DNA of 64,000 nucleotides from Bacilli bacterium (lineage in GTDB: Bacteria; Bacillota_I; Bacilli_A; RFN20; CAG-826). The translations under genes were made by a program, and so were the position numbers. Below the pieces are notes generated by a model that worked only from the letters and a program-made list of their open reading frames with translations, did not search any database and had not been told where the DNA came from. Positions 58,891-64,000 of this stretch are shown here, in pieces (position 1 is the stretch's first letter; every line of letters starts with the position of its first letter). The stretch lies in the NCBI GenBank assembly GCA_024407995.1, contig JAKSVL010000001.1:13467-77466 (forward strand), in the 5' to 3' direction.

Positions 58891-61800
58891 TTATGCATTG
58901 TTGCCTGGATATGCAACAACATAGAATGAGTTAACCGCAGTTGTTCCGCTTGTCCATGAATAGGTATAGAATTCGAGAACGACGTCATTAACTTCATCGT
59001 AGTAAACACAGCATTCTGCATCGAGACCGAAGATTTCGGTAGCGGACCAATCATCGATAAGTTCGAAGCTTTCTGGAACAAAGATATTTGCAATCCAACC
59101 TTTGATCGTATCGATTGAAACGCTTGCTGCAAGGTAGCCAGCTTCTAAAGCGTACATGCCATCACCTAAATCGTCATATGTACCGCCGACCATGTTGGCG
59201 ATGTATTGAATCATTTGCTCAGCTGTAATTGTGTCACCCATCTTGTAATCTGAGTAGCATAAGATGAAGACATAACCATCTTCGGAGTGATCTTGGATTT
59301 CCATGCATGGAACATCGCCTTCATCACCGAATGTTGCGAGATAGTAAACTCCATTAGAGCCTGAACCTGCTTCGATATCCCAACCTGCTAATGTTAAGTC
59401 AGCAAGGAAGCCATCTAATTCATCAGGTGTTGTGCCATCAACTGTGACAACAAAGAAACCTTGTGAAGAAATGTAACTTGAATCTGTTTCAAATGTAGCA
59501 GCTTCAGAATCATAATCTGGTAAGTCGATATCTGTGAGATCATAGTAATCTTCCCAGAATTCTAACATAGCAGCTGATGCGGCAGTGGCATCGAGTGGTT
59601 TTGCGCCAACGTAGCAAACTAATCTAACTACATCTTCGTCTAAGAAATCTTGGACTTCGATAACTGCTAATGCGTCACCACAATCGAATGATGCGGCAGT
59701 ACCGACTAAAGTAGCGGTGCTAAATGGATCAAGTTCCCAACCTGCTAATGCTAAATCAGCAAGGAAGTTATCCATTTCAGCTTCATTTGTATCATATGCA
59801 TAAGCAACAAAGAGACCTTGGCTTAAAACATAAGAATCATCAACACTGAAGTAACCATTTGTTGTTTCATAATCTGGTAAATCAATACCGGATAGACCGC
59901 AATCTAATTCAAAGTAATCTAAGATAGCGGCTGTTGTAGCAGCGGCATCGAGTGGTTTTGTGTCGCCGTAGATAACTAATCTAACATAATCGCCGTCTAA
60001 GTAGTCTTGGACTTCGATAACTGCATAAGCATCACCGCAATCCCATTTTGCGACATAATCGCCTTCATAATCGCCTTCAGTGACATCCCAACCAGCCATT
60101 GCGAGATCGACAGCGAAGCTATCCATTTGTGCTCTAGCTGTGTTGTAAGCATCTGCTAATAAGATGCCATTGGATGAAACGTATGCATCATTAATGTTGA
60201 AATAAACATCTTCGAAATCATAATCTGGTAAAACGATTGAATCGGCATCAAGGCCTAATTCAGCGAAGAAATCAAGAATGATGCTGGATGTTTCTGCTGG
60301 TGTGTATTGAACTGGAGGTGCTGGTGGTTCTTCGATTGCAAAGCTGATTTTAACATAAGAACTGTATTCTTCAACTAAGATACGAGCATTTGTATCACCA
60401 TAGAAGGCTTTATAGTCATCTGGATAGCTTGTGCTGTGGTGAACAATGTTCCAGTTAGCATCAGCTAAATCATCTTCATAAGCTGCCATGTCGGCAACAG
60501 TGGAGCCATTAATTCTAATATAATTGCTACCGCTTGTAAGTGTGCAGCTGTCGCCAGCAATATAGTCTGGAGCAACTACTGTAATGTCTTGATTTTCGAA
60601 GTATGCTTCAATTGCGTCTGCAACTTCTGGGAATGCTTTTGGTTCTGGTGGGACATAGTTTGGATCTTCAACTGTTGATCCGTAGAAAGTAACAATTGTC
60701 CAGCCACGTGTGTAGTTGACATACATATATGTCATCATATCGTTTGGTAATTCGTAATCTTCCCAAGAAGATTCCCAAATGAAGCCAGCGGCTAGTAATG
60801 CTTGGTCAAATTCATCTGTGAAGTCACCATAAGTTGCGATGCTACCATTTGTTTTCATTGTGCCGTTGGCATTTTTTGTTGTTGTTGATTTAACATACCA
60901 ATCGCCTTCTTCATTAACTGGACCAAAGACGTTTTCTTCTTTGAATGCCAATTCAATGAGGTCTTCTGGCCAACCAACTTGTTTTGTGTAACCATTTTCA
61001 ATGAAGTGAGATTCATCATAATCTTCCACGATGTTTGGACCAAAGAATTTAACATGAGTCCAACCATCTCTTTCATCGATGTCGATTTCAGCATCTTCGT
61101 TAGCATCTAACCAGCAGTTATAATTTGGATAGTATGTGAAGCCAGCAGCTTCTACTTGTGCGATTAATGCATCGGCATATTCGCCTTCAGTGGCTAATAA
61201 GTCGTAGTAATAAAAACCACTATCGCCAGCATCATATTTGTCAAACATTTCATACCAATCGCCTTCTAAATTGACGCCTGGAATGACATCGTCGCCCATA
61301 ACAAAGTCGACATTTTCTTTTGGCCAGCCATTGATTAATTCATAGCCTAATTCCAAGAAGTATTCATCTGAATATGGATCAACATATGGAGGCATATAAA
61401 TGTCAATTTCGTTACCTGCTGCGTAAGTTGATGTTGCTTCGAAGTAATCGAATGAAACTTCAATTTGGTAGCCTCTTGGTGTTGTCTTAATGTATTCACC
61501 ACCAAATTCGGCTGCTGCAGGATTGTATTCGAAGCCTGCTGCGATTAATCTTTCGCCATAGTCTTCGACTAAGTTATATGGATTGTCATCACCGATGACG
61601 AATACGTCGAATCCGTACCACATTTCATATGATGTATCAAAGCCATAGTACATTGTTTCTTCGTTTAAATCTAAGTATGGAAGAGGTTCGCCTAAATACT
61701 TGTACATATCGGCTTCAACTTCTAAATCCCATCTAAGATTTTCTCTAATGTTGTTGACTTTAGCCCAGTGGCCATTTTCTTTGACATAGAAGTCAAAGTT

Positions 61801-62724
61801 ATTTAAGTCGATGAATGAATCACCATCAGAACCTAAATTGTCGCTTGGACGTCCATAACCACGGAGAATGCTTGCGCCGTCTTGACCATCTTGACCGTCT
61901 TGACCGTCTTGGCCATCTTGACCATCTTTACCATCGACGCCATCTTTACCATCTTTACCATCGACGCCATCTTTACCATCTTTACCATCGACGCCATCTT
62001 TGCCATCGTTGCCTTTGATGTTACCGATCTTTTGCCAATTGCCATTGATCTTCATGAAGACATCCCATGATACGATGTTGAAGAAGACATCACCATCGAA
62101 ACCACCGTTTGCTTGTGGATCAACTGCATCGGCATAAATTTGTGAGCCATTAGCTCCATCAAAGCCGTTTTGACCGTCTTGACCAGTAGCACCTTTGATG
62201 TTACCTAAATTTTGCCAATTTCCATTGAGCTTCATGTAGACATCCCATGTTTCGAGGTTGAAGTACATGTCGCCTTCTCTACCTGCGGAAGCATTTGGAA
62301 TACCTGCATCTGCGAAAATTTGTGAACCAGCGTCACCTTTAGGACCTTGTTCACCTTGGTCACCCTTGTCACCTTTAGGACCTTGGATACCTTGTTCACC
62401 TTTAAGATTACCGAGTCTTTGCCAATTACCACCGATCTTTAAGAAGAAATCCCAAGATGCGATATTGACGAAAACGTCGCCATCTTTGCCTGCTGAAGCT
62501 TGTGGATCAACTGCATCGGCGTAGAATTGTGAACCATCTGCACCTTTGACAGAGTTAAGCCATTCTTCATAGGACATGTCGCCACCGGCTGCTCTATACA
62601 ACTGATAAACATCTTGTTGTCTAAAAGCACCAGGTTGGTTACTGCTTGAGTTAGTGTTACAACCAGTCGTTAGTAACATTGCTGCAAGAGCAATACCAGC
62701 GAATAACTTTTTAGTTTTTTTCAT
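58891..62724 (-). CDS. Large (1277 aa) surface lipoprotein with collagen-like G-X-Y triple-helix repeats, repeated N-terminal modules of about 60-70 aa, and acidic repeats of about 150 aa
   Basis: Lipobox LTTGC signal. GEQGIQGPKGDKGDQGEQGPKGDAG and (GKDGVDGKD)n(GQD)n tracts. Repeating GD-x-Y/F-x-N-x-x-WD-x-Y/F-x-K-x-NG-x-WQ-x-x-GN-I/L-KG modules. Confidence 0.7.
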   Translation of the reverse strand: MKKTKKLFAGIALAAMLLTTGCNTNSSSNQPGAFRQQDVYQLYRAAGGDMSYEEWLNSVKGADGSQFYADAVDPQASAGKDGDVFVNIASWDFFLKIGGNWQRLGNLKGEQGIQGPKGDKGDQGEQGPKGDAGSQIFADAGIPNASAGREGDMYFNLETWDVYMKLNGNWQNLGNIKGATGQDGQNGFDGANGSQIYADAVDPQANGGFDGDVFFNIVSWDVFMKINGNWQKIGNIKGNDGKDGVDGKDGKDGVDGKDGKDGVDGKDGQDGQDGQDGQDGQDGASILRGYGRPSDNLGSDGDSFIDLNNFDFYVKENGHWAKVNNIRENLRWDLEVEADMYKYLGEPLPYLDLNEETMYYGFDTSYEMWYGFDVFVIGDDNPYNLVEDYGERLIAAGFEYNPAAAEFGGEYIKTTPRGYQIEVSFDYFEATSTYAAGNEIDIYMPPYVDPYSDEYFLELGYELINGWPKENVDFVMGDDVIPGVNLEGDWYEMFDKYDAGDSGFYYYDLLATEGEYADALIAQVEAAGFTYYPNYNCWLDANEDAEIDIDERDGWTHVKFFGPNIVEDYDESHFIENGYTKQVGWPEDLIELAFKEENVFGPVNEEGDWYVKSTTTKNANGTMKTNGSIATYGDFTDEFDQALLAAGFIWESSWEDYELPNDMMTYMYVNYTRGWTIVTFYGSTVEDPNYVPPEPKAFPEVADAIEAYFENQDITVVAPDYIAGDSCTLTSGSNYIRINGSTVADMAAYEDDLADANWNIVHHSTSYPDDYKAFYGDTNARILVEEYSSYVKISFAIEEPPAPPVQYTPAETSSIILDFFAELGLDADSIVLPDYDFEDVYFNINDAYVSSNGILLADAYNTARAQMDSFAVDLAMAGWDVTEGDYEGDYVAKWDCGDAYAVIEVQDYLDGDYVRLVIYGDTKPLDAAATTAAILDYFELDCGLSGIDLPDYETTNGYFSVDDSYVLSQGLFVAYAYDTNEAEMDNFLADLALAGWELDPFSTATLVGTAASFDCGDALAVIEVQDFLDEDVVRLVCYVGAKPLDATAASAAMLEFWEDYYDLTDIDLPDYDSEAATFETDSSYISSQGFFVVTVDGTTPDELDGFLADLTLAGWDIEAGSGSNGVYYLATFGDEGDVPCMEIQDHSEDGYVFILCYSDYKMGDTITAEQMIQYIANMVGGTYDDLGDGMYALEAGYLAASVSIDTIKGWIANIFVPESFELIDDWSATEIFGLDAECCVYYDEVNDVVLEFYTYSWTSGTTAVNSFYVVAYPGNNA
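61875..62012. repeat. Perfect 9-bp / 27-bp tandem nucleotide repeat (about 15 nine-bp units; the 27-bp unit atctttaccatctttaccatcgacgcc occurs about 2.7 times) encoding the collagen-like G-K/Q-D tract
   Basis: Seen directly in the sequence. The spurious overlapping ORFs 61815..62070 on both strands arise from it. Confidence 0.75.
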
Positions 62725-63106
62725 AACTAGTTTTTCTCTCCTTTTCTAAAAGAATAAATTTTGTCTATAATGTTATGCCTGAAAAACTGATAAAACAATA
62801 CTTATTTTTGTTTGTATGGGTACGCGCTCGCCTTCCTTTACACTAAAATAGTGGGCACGCTTACCCGCACAAAGAGAAATCACTATTTATAATGGTTTTG
62901 TAAATTTAGATGAAATATTTAATTATTTCCTTATTAGAAAATGCATGAAAAAATTTTTAATCAAAATGTTACAAATTTGGCAAAATGTAACTAATTTTGC
63001 AATTTTGCTGATTTTTAATTAATCCCTCACTGGCCGATAAAGAAGCATTATTCTTTTGCATAAAATAACGTTTTGTGTATGATAGATACTTAAATAGAGG
63101 CTGTCT

Positions 63107-64000
63107 ATGCAAAAAAATCTAAAATTAATTGTCACATTTGGATTATTCACATCATTATTAATCGGTTGCAACACCGCAACGACTAGTAGTGTTGTTTCTT
63201 CTAGTAGTTTTCAATTTAGTAGTTCTGAGTCGAGTAGCTCTGAACTTCCAAAACCAACTTATACAATCACTTGGAAAAACGAAAATGGTGATGTTTTAGA
63301 AATTGATCAAAACGTAGAAGAAGGAAAAACTCCAACATATGATGGAGCAGAACCCACAAAAGAAAAAGATGCCCAATATACTTATGTATGGTTGGGTTGG
63401 ACACCAGCAGTTGTTCCTGCTAGTGCAAATGCTACATATACTGCTACATATCAAAACGAAACAAGAGAATATGAAATCACTTGGAAAAACGAAAATGGTG
63501 ATGTTTTAGCTACTGATGTCGTAGCATATGGTCAAGTTCCAGCATATTCAGGGGAAGAGCCAACAAAAGATAGTACTATTGAACACGTTTATAGCTTTTC
63601 TGGTTGGACACCTTCACCGGTAGAAGTAACCGGAAATGCTACATATGTCGCCTCTTTTAAGGAAGAACCAAGAAAATATACCATTACTTGGAAAAACGAA
63701 AACGATGAAATTTTAGGCACTGATGAAGTAGATTATGGTACAGTTCCAGCCTATGCTGGCGAAACACCAATCAAAGAAAGCACGAAAGAATATTCTTATA
63801 CTTGGACTGGCTGGGAACCACAACTTGCCCCAGTTATTGGTGATGCTACATATACCGCTATATATACTGGTGAAATTAGAAAATATACTGTCTCATGGAT
63901 CAATGATGATGGCACTATTTTGGAACTAGATGAAGGTATTCTCTATGGTTCAATGCCTACTTATGATGGTGAAACTCCAACAAAACCAAGCGGGAGGGGT
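63107..64000 (+). CDS. Lipoprotein with tandem Listeria-Bacteroides (Flg_new/InlB B-type) repeats. It is 5'-complete and continues beyond the window end.
   Basis: Lipobox LLIGC signal, a Ser-rich linker, then at least 4 repeats of about 70 aa (YTITWKNENGDVL...V.YG.VP.Y.GE.PTK......Y.F.GW.P.....GnATYtA.Y). AGAGG RBS. There is no stop before the window edge. Confidence 0.65.
   Translation, partial: MQKNLKLIVTFGLFTSLLIGCNTATTSSVVSSSSFQFSSSESSSSELPKPTYTITWKNENGDVLEIDQNVEEGKTPTYDGAEPTKEKDAQYTYVWLGWTPAVVPASANATYTATYQNETREYEITWKNENGDVLATDVVAYGQVPAYSGEEPTKDSTIEHVYSFSGWTPSPVEVTGNATYVASFKEEPRKYTITWKNENDEILGTDEVDYGTVPAYAGETPIKESTKEYSYTWTGWEPQLAPVIGDATYTAIYTGEIRKYTVSWINDDGTILELDEGILYGSMPTYDGETPTKPSGRG

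Noticed and set aside
61815-62524. His/Leu-rich, Lys/Met-rich and Pro/Ser-rich ORFs (61815..62018, 61833..62045, 61882..62070, 62232..62432, 62258..62524)
   Set aside because: They are alternate-frame and antisense readings of the 9-bp collagen-like tandem repeats inside the large lipoprotein gene, and so are periodicity artifacts.
1-64000. CRISPR arrays, transposases/IS elements, integrases, prophage genes and rRNA operons
   Set aside because: Scanning found no short regularly spaced direct repeats and no DDE/tyrosine-recombinase-like ORFs. The only RNA gene that could be supported is tRNA-Ala at 53838..53913.

Overview
AT-rich bacterial chromosome segment whose gene content resembles Firmicutes or Erysipelotrichia/Acholeplasma-like organisms. 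Translation table 11 applies: TGG encodes Trp, and an RF2 gene with the canonical CTT-TGA-C +1 frameshift shows that TGA is a stop. The first ~55 kb is densely packed core metabolism and housekeeping. It holds a gluconeogenic/anaplerotic block (gpmA, pckA, a Na+-translocating oxaloacetate-decarboxylase-type operon with birA, and ppdK on the other strand). It also holds asnA-folA-thyA, a CIRCE-controlled hsp20, two tandem GH3 glycosidases, typA, and the classic dnaX-ybaB-recR-tmk-holB-yaaT(ricT)-rsmI cluster. Further along are prfA-prmC, rpiB, comFA-comFC, secA-prfB, uvrB, secG, a Y-family polymerase with a yolD-like partner, rmuC and one tRNA-Ala. No CRISPR array, transposase, integrase or rRNA was seen. 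The most interesting, less explained content is as follows. (1) A translationally coupled FGGY-kinase / ATP-grasp ligase / 46-aa basic peptide unit. (2) A fused double-DUF1538 membrane protein followed by two P-II-like signalling proteins. (3) A frameshift inside the oadA-like carboxyltransferase at an A7 tract. (4) An rmuC gene coupled to an alkaline-phosphatase-superfamily gene. (5) A terminal accessory region (55.4-64 kb) encoding three large lipoproteins, one a clostripain(C11)-like protease with Ig repeats, one collagen-like with perfect 9/27-bp tandem repeats, and one Flg_new-repeat protein. (6) Unexplained structured noncoding elements in that same terminal region. All family assignments rest on recognising motifs in the translated ORFs; no database search was possible.
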